DNA from: Octopus sinensis
Taxonomy: Eukaryota
Length of the DNA: 64,000 bases
Direction of reading: 5' to 3'
Assembly: GCF_006345805.1 (NCBI RefSeq)
Contig: NC_043004.1
Location: forward strand, 104,160,001 to 104,224,000
Shown one piece after another: positions 51,908 to 64,000 of the stretch. How positions within the stretch are numbered: position 1 is the first letter of the stretch; each line of letters opens with the position of its first letter. The notes beneath the pieces were generated by a model that made no database searches, had not been told where the DNA came from, and worked only from the letters and a program-made list of their open reading frames with translations. The position numbers were made by a program, and so were the translations under genes.

Positions 51908-54505
51908 CTACATATATATATATATATATACATACATATATTTATATATCAAATCAAATGGAAATTATAGTTGTGATCCTGTGCTGGTGTCACATAAAAA
52001 ACACCATCCGCACATGACCAATGCCAGCGCTGCCTTGACTGACATCCATGCCAGTGGCACGTAAAAAGCACCAACCGATCATGGACTTTGCCAGTCTCCT
52101 CTGGCCCCTGTGCTGGTGGCACGTAAAAAGCACCCACTACACTTATGAAGTGGTTGGCATTAGGAAGGGCATCCAGCTGTAGAAACACTGCCAGATCAGA
52201 CTGGTGCCTGGTGCAGCCTACTGACTTCCCAGACCCCGGTCAAACCATCCAACCCATGCTCCTCCTACTACTCCTTCTCCTTCTTCTTCTTCTTCTTCTT
52301 TTCTTCTTCTTCTTCTTCTTCTTCTTCTTCTTCTTCTTCTTCTTCTTCTTCTTCTTCTTCTCCTTCTTCCAGTCAGGACTCACGCCATTAGCCACAAAGA
52401 ATAATCTCTAATTCGAGCCTACTCTAAGCTACTAAGAATGCGTGTGGCAACTTGAAGATCCACCCACCACACGCGACAGACTGGCGGTTGCACGGGCGCG
52501 AAAGCTACGTTGTTATCCTCATTCCATAAACAGTAGCTCTTCCAAATTTTATCTCTCCTCTTTTATAGTTTATTATTTTTTGAATCATGGTAACCTATCA
52601 TAAATTTTGACTATTTTTTGGCATTCTTTAAATACCATATTTTTAAATATTCTTTTTAACATATCAGCATTTACATTGCTGCTTACCTTTAATAATACTT
52701 ACATAATCAACTAGATCAGGTATTCCTTTAATAAACCATACTTACGGCACTCTCTCGTGATTTGAGCTTACTCTTTACTTGTTTCAGTCACTTGACTGTG
52801 ACCATGCTGGAGCACCACCTTTAGTTGAGCAAATCAACCCCAGGACTTATTCTTTGTAAGCCTAGTACTTATTCTATCGGTCTCTTTTGCCGAGTCGCTA
52901 AGTTACGGGGACGTAAACACACCAGCATCAGTTGTCAAGCGATGATGGGGGAACAAACACAGACATAAAAACATATACACACACACACATATACATACAT
53001 ATATATATGTATATACATATATACGACTGGCTTCTTTCAGTTTCTGTCTACCAAATCCACTCACAAGGCTTTGGTCGGCCCAAGGCTATAGTAGAAGATA
53101 CTTGACCCAAGTGGCACACAGTGGGACTGAACCCGGAATCATGTGATTCGTAAGCAAACTACTTAACACACGCCTTATATAACCTTTGAGTTGAAATGAT
53201 TATTCTATGACTTAAATTAGGAAATAATTATTTATAATCTAAAATGTTATAACCCAGAAAATTTACACCCTATTAATTATGTACGGTATGTATCTAGCCA
53301 TTTCCTAAATCAATTTCTTTTATGTATGGTTGATATAAAATATGTTTTTATCTTTACTACAAGTGGTTGTTTTTTGTTTTTTTTTTTGTATTTTGCACCT
53401 CCCCTAAGTACAAAACATATACTCTAAGATCTATTGTTATTCTTTTATGATTATATATTTTTATTGTATTCCTTTCAAACATTTGTAAAACTTTTCTCAC
53501 TTTTAGCTTTATTTAGATTAAATTCTGGTATACTATTTTTATCTCATTTTCTTAATTTATATTAAAGATCTTGTAATAATTTTTCCTATACATAAATACC
53601 TTTATAATTTATATATATTTTTTATATATTTTCAATATTATTTTTTAAATATTTTTAATATATTTTCTATATTTTTCTTACATCTTTATATTCTCTTATT
53701 TTTTATTTTTAGTTTTTATACTTTTATATATTTTATATTCTTTACAATTTTTTAGATATATTCTTTTATATATTTTTTATATATCCTTTATATATTTCCT
53801 TAAAGATCATATATTTTTACAGTTTATATTTTATATACCTCGTCGTATATCTTACGTATATATCCATAGATTTTAGATACATTATATTCCTTATTAGCTT
53901 ATGGCCCTAAATTCTAAATTTTTATATCTAATACATTCCTTTATATAATTTTTAAATAATTTTTTCTTCACTTTCTTCTAATGATTTCAAATATGATTTA
54001 TTTGTCACCAAAATATCTCATTTCTAAATTTGTCACCTTTTTTTCTATTGTGATTTGAGCATCACACCTGCTTGATTTTATTTTAAAAACATTATTCCAT
54101 TATTCCTCAAAATCTTTAATATGGTGATGAATATAAGTAAATTCAACTTCCTATATCTTACTTCTCGCTATCATCACCTCCCCATCATTCACTCCCATAT
54201 TTCTACCCTAGGCCTTGTTCATTTATGAAGATAGTCCCATCGTTTTTGATAATTTAGTAGGCTGACCTGACATTAATTGCTTCTCTCACCACTGATCAGT
54301 ACACATAAACAACTTGCTTAAAAATTTTAAAAAATCTTGATAATCCTTCCTTTATTGTTAGAAGTTTTGATAACTGGGTCACTTATGTCAATTATCTCCT
54401 CCCCCTACTATAAACTCTAAGAACCCCTAAATTCTTCTTTGTTCTGACCAAATATACACTATTCTAATAAGTTCATTCTGCCAATTGAAAGTTAGCAGAA
54501 ATTAC

Positions 54506-54649
54506 AACCGTGTTCCATGGTCTGCTACCACAACAGCTCCTTTTTAGGATCCAGTTAGCTCAAGACATCATCAGGAGAACCGTGTTTCATGGTCTGCTAC
54601 CACAACAGCTCCTTTTAAGGATCCAGTTAACTCAAGACATCATCAGGAG
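54506..54649. repeat. Two 72-bp tandem units
   Basis: aaccgtgtt(c/t)catggtctgctaccacaacagctcc...caagacatcatcaggag repeated at 54506 and 54578. Confidence 0.9.
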
Positions 54650-55416
54650 GAACAAAGTCCGGTCTCAGCCCCTACTCCTCTACTGTTTTGACGTGGTGGG
54701 GCCCCCTTCTTTCGGAGGTGTCTTCAGCTCTGGTGTTGGGTGCATGTCTTCTTTCTTCTGTTCCCTGGCCTCTTCGATGTATCGTCAGTGAGTGTCAGCC
54801 GGTGACTGACTGACTTGTCAAATTTTTCCCTCTAAATACCTGCCGCTAGGCTCAATGTAAATATTTTTTCTCAATGAATTTGCTAACTATGTTGAATAAG
54901 TTGAACTGTTCTTCATGTTTGCAGATCATGACTTCATCTGATGAAAACGGTTTCTTTACAGTGATGTAATGTTCTCATTAACCAATTAAAGGAGTCATTG
55001 GAAACGGGGCCATAATGAATTGACACCTGTACCTCTTTATATATATAAACCTATGTGTGTGTGTGCGTGTGTGACATCATCTTGACTTAACAGCCGTCGC
55101 CGTTTGTTTTTACCGTTTTGTTCTCACTGTCCTGTTTTTGTTACTACTTTCACCCTCCGCAAAAAATCCCAAATTTTATTTAATCTGCTTTGCGGGAAGG
55201 ACAGTTTTATTGAAGTCGAGTCTTGTCCTTACCTTTGAAACGCGGAGTAGATAAAACAGGAGACAACTGATGAAGGGAATGTTCTTTATGTTACATGTCT
55301 CGTTTCTCATTCTGTCCACGTTTTTTGATGTCCCGTACCCGTATATGCATGTATATATACATATATATGTAGGTATGCACATATATGTATGTATATATGC
55401 ATATATTTATATATTA

Positions 55417-55455
<39 letters not shown>

Positions 55456-57003
55456 AATTGAGATAGGGGTTGTAAATGCAACCCTCCATGGGATAACAGA
55501 CATCCAATATACTGCTAGTGAAGTAATTTGCATCTAGGTACTAATATGTGTATGTTTATTATCCCAATATTAAGTTGAAGAACTGAAACATTGAATGTTG
55601 AACATAAATATGTTTACTAATTTATATTATTTATTTACATTATTATGTATATGTATATTTTTATATGTATAGGAGTGTGAGTATATGCACCCATATGTAT
55701 ATGTATATCTTCGAGGAGGCCTTATGATATTTTTGTAAATGTCTCATTTATATCTATATATTGACCTACCATAAAAGGCTAATATTGGTAAAATGAGACA
55801 TACTTATCTACATGCCCGAAACAGATGTAAGATGTAATCTATACTTATATTTATATTCTCTTTTTTATATATATTCTACTTATTATACAACATTACTCTT
55901 TTATGTAGCCTTTTTTATGTACATTCCTTTATGTACGCTGATTTGTTCTGCTTTTTTATGTTTAACCCTACAGTCTCTTATGTGGTGGTTTAATAAAGTA
56001 TGTGATTGAGTTTTATCTGGTAATTGATATTTGATTTAGATGTATTTCTCCATTTTCCTATCTTGTATATATATATATATATATATATATATTAATATAT
56101 ATATATCAGTGGTGGCTCCAGCATTCAGGCTCTTCGGGCTTAGTTTGAATATAAATTTAGTAAAGTGAACCTGCATTTGCAAGGTGATTTAATTTCTGCC
56201 AACACTGACTTCAAGAATGTAATTGTAGCCAATAACTTGGGCTCCTTTTATTGAGCCTAGTTGCAGTTCATTTATTTTTGTTCAGCGTCTGGCAGTCGTC
56301 TTAGAGGTGTCCTGTGGCAAAAAATATCATTTGTAGCAGACACTCTCTCAAGATCAACATCGTATATAGGTTTATAGATATATATATATTTAAAAAATAA
56401 GCTATTTGGGGCTAGAAATAAAGTGGAAAAACATAAAATTCTTTGAGCAGGCATCTGTCTTATGTGAAATCTGTGATAAGCCTGAGTGACACTGATGACC
56501 TGGAGTTGCCGCTGATGTATATATAAACCTATATAGATATATATTCTTTTACTCATTTCAGTTATTTGACTGTGATCATGCTGGAGCACCATCTTGAAGA
56601 TTTTGTAGTAAAACAAATCAACCCCAGGACTATCTTTTAAGCCTAGTACTTACTCTATTGGTCTCTTAAGCTGAATTTCTAAGTTATGGGGACCTAAATA
56701 CACTAACACTGGTGGTCAGGCCATTATGGGAGGACAAAAACAAACACAAAGACAAACACACATGGATACATATATACATGCATACACACATCCATGCATA
56801 CATACATACATACATACATACATACATACATACACACATTCATAACACAGGCATCTTTCAGTTTCTGTCTGCCAAATCCACTCACAAGGCTAGAGTAGAA
56901 GTCTCTTGCTCAAGGTGTCACATAATGGGACTGAACCCAGAACCATATGGTTGGAAAGCAAATTTCTTACCACACTGCAATGCCTGTAACCTACCTATAT
57001 ATA

Positions 57004-57053
<50 letters not shown>

Positions 57054-57584
57054 GGTTTTGTGTAATAAGGCCAAATATGAGAAGGCTTAATGACCTAAAG
57101 TGATAAGGCAAAATTCAAATGACATTAAAAAAAAAGAATGTCAAAAGCTTGAAAAATCGAATACTCAAAACATGAAATTTTAAAATATTTTAAGGGAGAA
57201 ATATTAAAATTGGCCATAAAAAGAAACATACATTTACTATTTTCAAAGGGAATGCATTGGAGAAGCATGCTGTAACATATATACTTTTAATATGTTATGC
57301 TACGCCAAAATAATGTTTTTTTTTAGAAGAAAAGTAATAGCTTTAAAATGGAGATTATTTCACAAACATATTTACTCTTTTTATTGTGTTATGGTTGAAT
57401 AAATGTTTTAGGGAAGAATTTGGAAGAAAAGTTATCTAAAAAAAAAAAAACACATTTATATACTGTTTTGAAATGGAGTTTATTTGAGAAACATATAACA
57501 TTTATTTTTTTTACTTTTTCATTATGCTATGTAAAAATAATAAAGGCAAACAAGAGGTGATGAATATATTTACTTCTAGATAAA

Positions 57585-57631
<47 letters not shown>

Positions 57632-57671
57632 CAATAATTAATAATAATAATAATGATGATAATAATAAACA

Positions 57672-58178
57672 GATTGGAAGTGTTATCATGTACATTGTTT
57701 TGTCTTGGCATAAAAGATGGGCTACAGCAAATATTCTGCTCAATACCACAGATTTGCTTGTCAATTGTTTGACCATAACCAGTTGAGCATGTCCCTTAGT
57801 GGCTGATGATATGTGCATCTCTGATCATGAGCAGAAGTAGTGGGGGAGCATCATAGCCATTTGTTGAAAGGAATTCTTTGGGGTTTGGATAGTTCACCTC
57901 TGGAAACATGGGTGGTTCTTTCAACATCCTTAAACAACCCTTATTCAGGGACCTTTTGAGTGGGATGGGCTACTCAACCTGAAGAAAATTCTAACTGGGC
58001 CCCACCTGCAAGGTTATGTGCTGTTTATCTTTTTATGAGATCACCATGTCGCGCACATATGGTTGTGATGCATGTGCCTAGTGTACCCTTATCAGACGGG
58101 TAGTCGTGATGGGTATATTGGGCTTCGTATATTTTACCCCAGTGTCACTTTGATGGCATGAACTGCTCTCTCACTCAA
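57672..58178 (+). mobile_element. About 500-bp non-coding (TAA)n-tailed repeat, copy 3
   Basis: Matches 18716-19204; (AAT)n on both sides. Confidence 0.75.
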
Positions 58179-58199
58179 TAATAATAATAATAATAATAA

Positions 58200-59445
58200 T
58201 AATCTTTTCTGCTAAAGGCACAAGGCCTGAAATTTGGGAGGAGGTAAGTAAGTCGATCACATTGACCTCAGTGCTCAACTCGTACTTAATTTATTAACCC
58301 TGAAAGGAGGAACGGCAAAGTCGACCTTGGCAGAATTTGAACTGCGAATGTGAAGATGGATGAAACACTGCTAAGGATTTTGCCAAGCATGCTAAAGGTT
58401 CTGCCAGCTCACTGCCTTAATTTTAGGCCTCAAATTTTAGGGGAAGGCGACCAGTTGATTACATCGACCCCAGTGTTTCACTGGTACTTAATTTATCAAC
58501 CCTGAAAGGATGACAAGCAAAGTTGACCCTGGCGGCATTTGAACTCAGAACGTAAAGACAGGCAAAATAATAATGATGATGATGATGATTTCAAATTTTG
58601 GTACAAGGCCAACAATTTCAGTGGAGAGAGTAAATCAATCACATCAACCCAGTACTTAACTGGTACTAATTCTATCGACCTTGAGAGGATGAAAGGCAAA
58701 GTCAACCACAGTGGAATTTGAACTCAGAATGTGAAGATGACGCTAACCAGTTTGCCTTGCATGCAAACAATTCTGGTAGTTCCCCGCCTTATTAATAATA
58801 ATAACAAGAGCATTTAGAGAGTGAAAACTTCCACCAAAGCAACACCAATGTCCCCTCAACGATTAGCCAGTGATGATTATTAGAATGAGAATATCTGAAA
58901 TAAACTCAACTGCTCTCACAAATGAGAATACTAAATATGAACCCGACCTCTCTCAAAAATTAAGTAAAAAAAAAACAGGAATAAATAATCCAGAATCCTT
59001 GTCTGGTACCAGATTGATCCCAAAATCTAATCAGTTCATACAAGTTGTAAGGCCAAACATCCCTGAAAGTTTCATTCGAATCCATCCAGCAGTTCTTGAG
59101 ATATCTTTCCATGGACAAACAAACAAATACAACTGAAAACAATACCTCTGCCTTTGCTAAGGCACAAGGCTTGGAATTTTTGGTAGATGGGTAGATGCCA
59201 CTAAGCATTTTGCCTGGTATACTAACGTTTCTACCAGTTCACTGCACTCTCAATAATAATGATAATAATAACAATGATAATAATCTTTTCCACTATAGGC
59301 ACAAGGCCTGAAATTTGTGGGGAGGAGATAAGTCGATTACATTCACCCCAGTACTTGACTGGTACTTAATTTATTGACCCTGAAAGAATAAAAAGAAAGG
59401 CCAACTTCGGTGGAATTTGAACTCAGAATGTAAAGATGGGTGAAA
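58200..59445 (-). mobile_element. Cluster of about five SINE S2 copies plus a HINE-like element
   Basis: Repeated aaaggcaaagt..acc..gg(c/t)ggaatttgaactcagaa blocks near 58315, 58517, 58695 and 59397, plus a deleted copy near 59160-59240. Confidence 0.7.
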
Positions 59446-60045
59446 AACTGAGGGGGGCGGGGGCAGGAGGAGGAGGAGAAGAAGAAGAAGAAGAAGAAGA
59501 AGAAGAAGAAGAAGATGAAGAAGAAGAAGAAGAAAAAGAAGAAGAAGAAGAAGAAAAAGAAGAAGAAGAAGAAGAAGACGAAGAAGAAGACGAAGAAGAA
59601 GAAGAAGAAGAAGAAGAAGAAGAAGAAGAAGAAGAAGAAGACGACGAAGAAGAGGAAGTTTTCCATGCTTCCATGGTTTAGACAGTGTTTACTGTGGTAG
59701 ATTTTCTACAGCTTGATGCCCTTATGGTTGCTAACACACAATTGCTTCCAAACAAGGTAATATCTCTCCGAGGCCAGACATTGTTTCCTCGTAATATAAC
59801 ACTGCTTGTATGACAGTGACACTCATTTATTATGCAATGTGAAGAGAAGCAGATACAAACGTATGCACTCACACATATACATATGTGGAACAAGCTTCTA
59901 CAGTTCTTCAGTTCTTGTTCAACAAATCTACCGAGAAGGCTTTGGTTGGCCTGGGGCTATAGTGGAAGACACTTGCCCAAGGTACTATACAGTGGAACTG
60001 AACCTGAAATCATGTGATTGCTTGCCAACCACATGACCTTGCCTA

Positions 60046-60090
<45 letters not shown>

Positions 60091-60131
60091 GTCTGTCTGT
60101 CTGTCTGTCTATCTATCAATCTATCTATCTA

Positions 60132-60163
<32 letters not shown>

Positions 60164-60799
60164 CACACACATATATATACACATACATATGTACATATAT
60201 TTATGTGTATGTGTGTGAGTGTACAGAAATATGCATTCAAATATGTATGTATATATATATGGTTAAACACACAGACAGACATTGCATGTACGTACATATA
60301 CATGTGTGTGTATAAAATATACAAACATTTATTTGTATGTATACACATATATGTATAGATGTGTGTGTGTGTGCATGTATGTGTTCGTGCATGCACGTGT
60401 GTACATACATGTCCCTCTGCCTTGATTCTTAAGATAAGGTTTGTCGTAGACACCGGGGCAGCAAGCTAAAATCCAGTTTTTCTCCAGGCTATATCAGAGG
60501 GTTTGTTCTTGTCAACGTACTTACAGTATATTCTTCCCTATTTTGTTAGTCTCACATTTTCATTGCCAATCTTTGTGTTGTCTTTTCTCTGAGGCTATTC
60601 CCAAGCTTGTTTGATCTTACATCATCACCATTCTACATCAGCTTTCTTCTTTCTTCACTCTTGGCAGCAGATCATCAAAGAGGTCGATATGTCCTTCAAT
60701 ATTAGTTCTTTGATCTGTGCACGAAATTCATATGGAACTTCTAAAGGCTCATCATTTCCAGACATACACACACACAAAATGTGGTTGTGTAAATACACA

Positions 60800-61490
<691 letters not shown>

Positions 61491-61752
61491 GTATATTTTC
61501 TCAATGTGTATGAATAACAAGGAAAAAAGAAATGAATAGTTACTAGGATAGCAAAAAATTCACATAAGTGCCAAAGATATTACAGCCTACTTGTAAGGTA
61601 GAAATTCCAGGGTTAAGTGAATTGTTTTTGTATAACATGGATAAATTAAGAAATGGAGTCAAACGCAGGTGTTATTCAATATATATATATGTATATATAT
61701 AACTAATTATAACTCTATACACACACACACACATCTAAATATAACTTTATAT

Positions 61753-62145
61753 AGGTGCAGGAGTGGCTGAGTGGTAAGTAGCTTGCTAACCAACCACATG
61801 GTTCCGGCTTCAGTCCCACTGCATGGCACCTTGGGCAAGTGTCTTCTACTATAGCCTCGGGCCGACCAAAGCCTTGTGAGAGGATTTGGTAGACGGAAAC
61901 TGAAAGAAGCCCGTCGTATATATATATATATGCGTGTGTGTGTTTGTGTGTCTGTGTTTGTCCCCCTAGCATTGCTTGACAACCGATGCTGGTGTGTTTA
62001 TGTCCCCATTACTTAGCGGTTCGGCAAAAGAGACCGATAGAATAAGTACTGGGCTTACAAAAGAATAAGTCCCGGGGTAGAGTTGCTCGATTAAAGGCGG
62101 TGCTCCAGCATGGCCGCAGTCAAATGACTGAAACAAGTAAAAGAG
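61753..62145 (+). mobile_element. tRNA-derived SINE S1, full length and young
   Basis: ggtgcaggagtggctgagtggtaagtagc...ggcggtgctccagcatggccgcagtcaaatgactgaaacaagtaaaagag. Confidence 0.85.
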
Positions 62146-62705
62146 TATATATATATATATATAACTTTATATATATATATATATATCATGGCACTCTGTC
62201 GGTTATGATGATGAGGGTCCCAGTGTTGATCCGATCAACGGAACAGCCTGCTTGTGAAATTGTGCAGCTGGCTGAGCACTCGACAGACACGTGCACCCTT
62301 AACATAGTTCTCGGGGGAGATTCAAGCATGACACAGAGTGTAACAAGTCTGGCCCTTTGAAATACGGGTACAACAGAAACAGAAGGAAAGAGTGAGAGTA
62401 AGTTGTGTTGAAAGAGTTCAGCAGGGTTCACCACCACCCACTGCCAGAGCCTCGTGGAGCATTTTTAGGTGTTCTCACTCAATAAACACTCACAACACCC
62501 AGTCTGGGAATCAAAACTGCGATCTTTCGACTGCGAGTCATCTGCCCTAAGCACTGGGCCATTGTGCCTTGAAAGGTTTAGACAAACAAATGAACCCCAG
62601 TTCTTGTTTTTAAGTCAAGTACTAATTCTGTTGGATTCTTTTGCTGAACCGCTAAGTTACAGGGATGTAAACAAGCCAACATTATATATTACACACACAC
62701 ACACC

Positions 62706-62749
<44 letters not shown>

Positions 62750-62754
<5 letters not shown>

Positions 62755-63195
62755 TATATAATAGGAGAGCATTGTAGTTTGCCTGAAGCATTGTGTATTG
62801 TTTGTAAAGAATAAAAAGTTTTGAATGGTACAACAATGCACTATAATACAAACAATGGGCTGTGTATACCTGTTGTAATTTAATCATCCATAGTCGGATA
62901 TGATATTTTGGAATAATATTCCTTCTTCAGATATTCTTAGATGGAGTCGCAGGCTTCCCCACCACCCACTGCCAGAGCCTCGCAGAGCATTTTTCGGTGT
63001 TTTCGCTCAATAAGAATATCTGAAGAAGGAATATTATTCCAAAATATCATATCAGACTATGGATGACTAAATTACAACAGGTATACACAGCCCATTGTCT
63101 GTATTATAGTGCATTGTTGTACCATTCAAAACTTTTTATTCTTTACAAACAATACACAATGCTTCAAGCAAACTACAATACTCTCCTATTATATA

Positions 63196-63200
<5 letters not shown>
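62750..63200. repeat. Inverted repeat with 190-bp arms and 71-bp spacer, (TA)n on both outer flanks
   Basis: 62750-62939 is the reverse complement of 63011-63200 with few mismatches; spacer is a SINE fragment. Confidence 0.95.
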
Positions 63201-63227
<27 letters not shown>

Positions 63228-63326
63228 GTAATATATAATGTACTATTCAAAACTTGTTATTCTTTACATTATATAATATATATATATGTATATGCATACA
63301 TATATACACATTTATATATATATATA

Positions 63327-63728
63327 TCACTCATCTGTCTCGTTTTATGACTACGAAGATGACTCATGAGTCCAGCTTTACTGAGGCAGGGTCTTGCACA
63401 GATATTGCATGTCAGAATCAAAGGAAGACCCTTCCCTTCTGGAAGTGTAACAGCGATGCCCTTCCTGACATCCCTCCTTACTTTCTCATGTGCAACTCGA
63501 GATTTCTCAAACGTGGCTGTCCCCTCATGCACAATCCTTCTCCACCTGCTACAATCAATAGCTATGCCTTCCCATATGTCAGGAGAGCTGCAAGCATCTC
63601 TTGAAGCCTTCAGCAAGTCCTTATACCTCTTTTTTAAAACGAGACAGATGAGTGACAACCTGGCCACTGGTGGTGGTGGTGTAACACACCATACTGATCA
63701 TATCTGTCGGGCATGTGGAAGAGAGTGT
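63327..63728. mobile_element. RTE (BovB-like) C-terminal fragment with internal inversion
   Basis: Minus 63634-63348: KKRYKDLLKAS..WEGIAIDCSRWRRIVHEG..CNICARPCLSKAGLMSHLRSHK; plus 63635-63728: KTRQMSDNLATGGGG..HICRACGREC. Confidence 0.8.
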
Positions 63729-63798
63729 AATATATATATATATATATATTTATGTCTCACCTATGCCAGCATGGAAAACAAACATTAAATGATGATGG

Positions 63799-63834
<36 letters not shown>

Positions 63835-64000
63835 AGAGAGAGAGACATATCTGCATACACAGACACATATATGTATAAGATGCCCACCTTGCAATAATAT
63901 GGTTATGAGTTCAGTCCACTGTGCAGTATATGGGGCAAAAATCATCCAGTATAGCCCTTGGCTGACCAGTTCCATGTAAGTGAATTATGTGATTGTGTGG

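Noticed and set aside
55205-55285. GAAAC...CTGATGA in permuted order (also about 7350-7385 and 1060-1100) as a type-II hammerhead
   Set aside because: No stem I can be formed between the putative GUA site and the core
55795-55842. GAAACAGATGTAAGA resembling the 3' half of hammerhead family B
   Set aside because: No CUGA core upstream
56470-56520. C/D-box-like motifs (tgtgata, ctga, tgatga, ctga)
   Set aside because: Too compact (about 45 nt), no room for a guide before the first D-like box and no terminal stem
60425-60765. Unique moderately GC-rich block with ATG and a gtaagt donor on the minus strand ([19 protein letters not shown]...)
   Set aside because: All frames are interrupted by stops and no family was recognised

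Overview
Eukaryotic, very AT-rich, repeat-saturated intronic or intergenic DNA. The microsatellite load and SINE/LINE repertoire look like an octopus-type cephalopod genome (inference). No recognisable host protein-coding gene, rRNA, true tRNA gene or CRISPR array is present, and almost all ORFs in the supplied track are translated microsatellites or SINEs. Recognisable content: decayed RTE, CR1/L2-group and R4/Dong-type (restriction-like endonuclease) non-LTR retrotransposon fragments; three mariner remnants (one full-length, 1280 bp, with TIRs) and a Tc1-type fragment; piggyBac-type MITEs; Helitron/Helentron-like and hAT ends; and at least three tRNA-derived SINE families in dozens of copies. 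Most notable: (1) five distinct short (TA)n-embedded repeat families carrying minimal type-I hammerhead-ribozyme-like motifs, mostly with palindromic stem III (Penelope-like/retrozyme-like); (2) four local fold-back inverted duplications anchored at self-complementary (TA)n or related tracts, one enclosing a candidate exon; (3) an RTE insertion with a twin-priming-like inversion; (4) a LINE-SINE shared 3' stem-loop with a different but still paired stem; (5) TAA-microsatellite-targeted elements. A few weak, phase-compatible minus-strand exon candidates are listed at low confidence. Coordinates of decayed repeats are approximate (about +/-10-20 bp).
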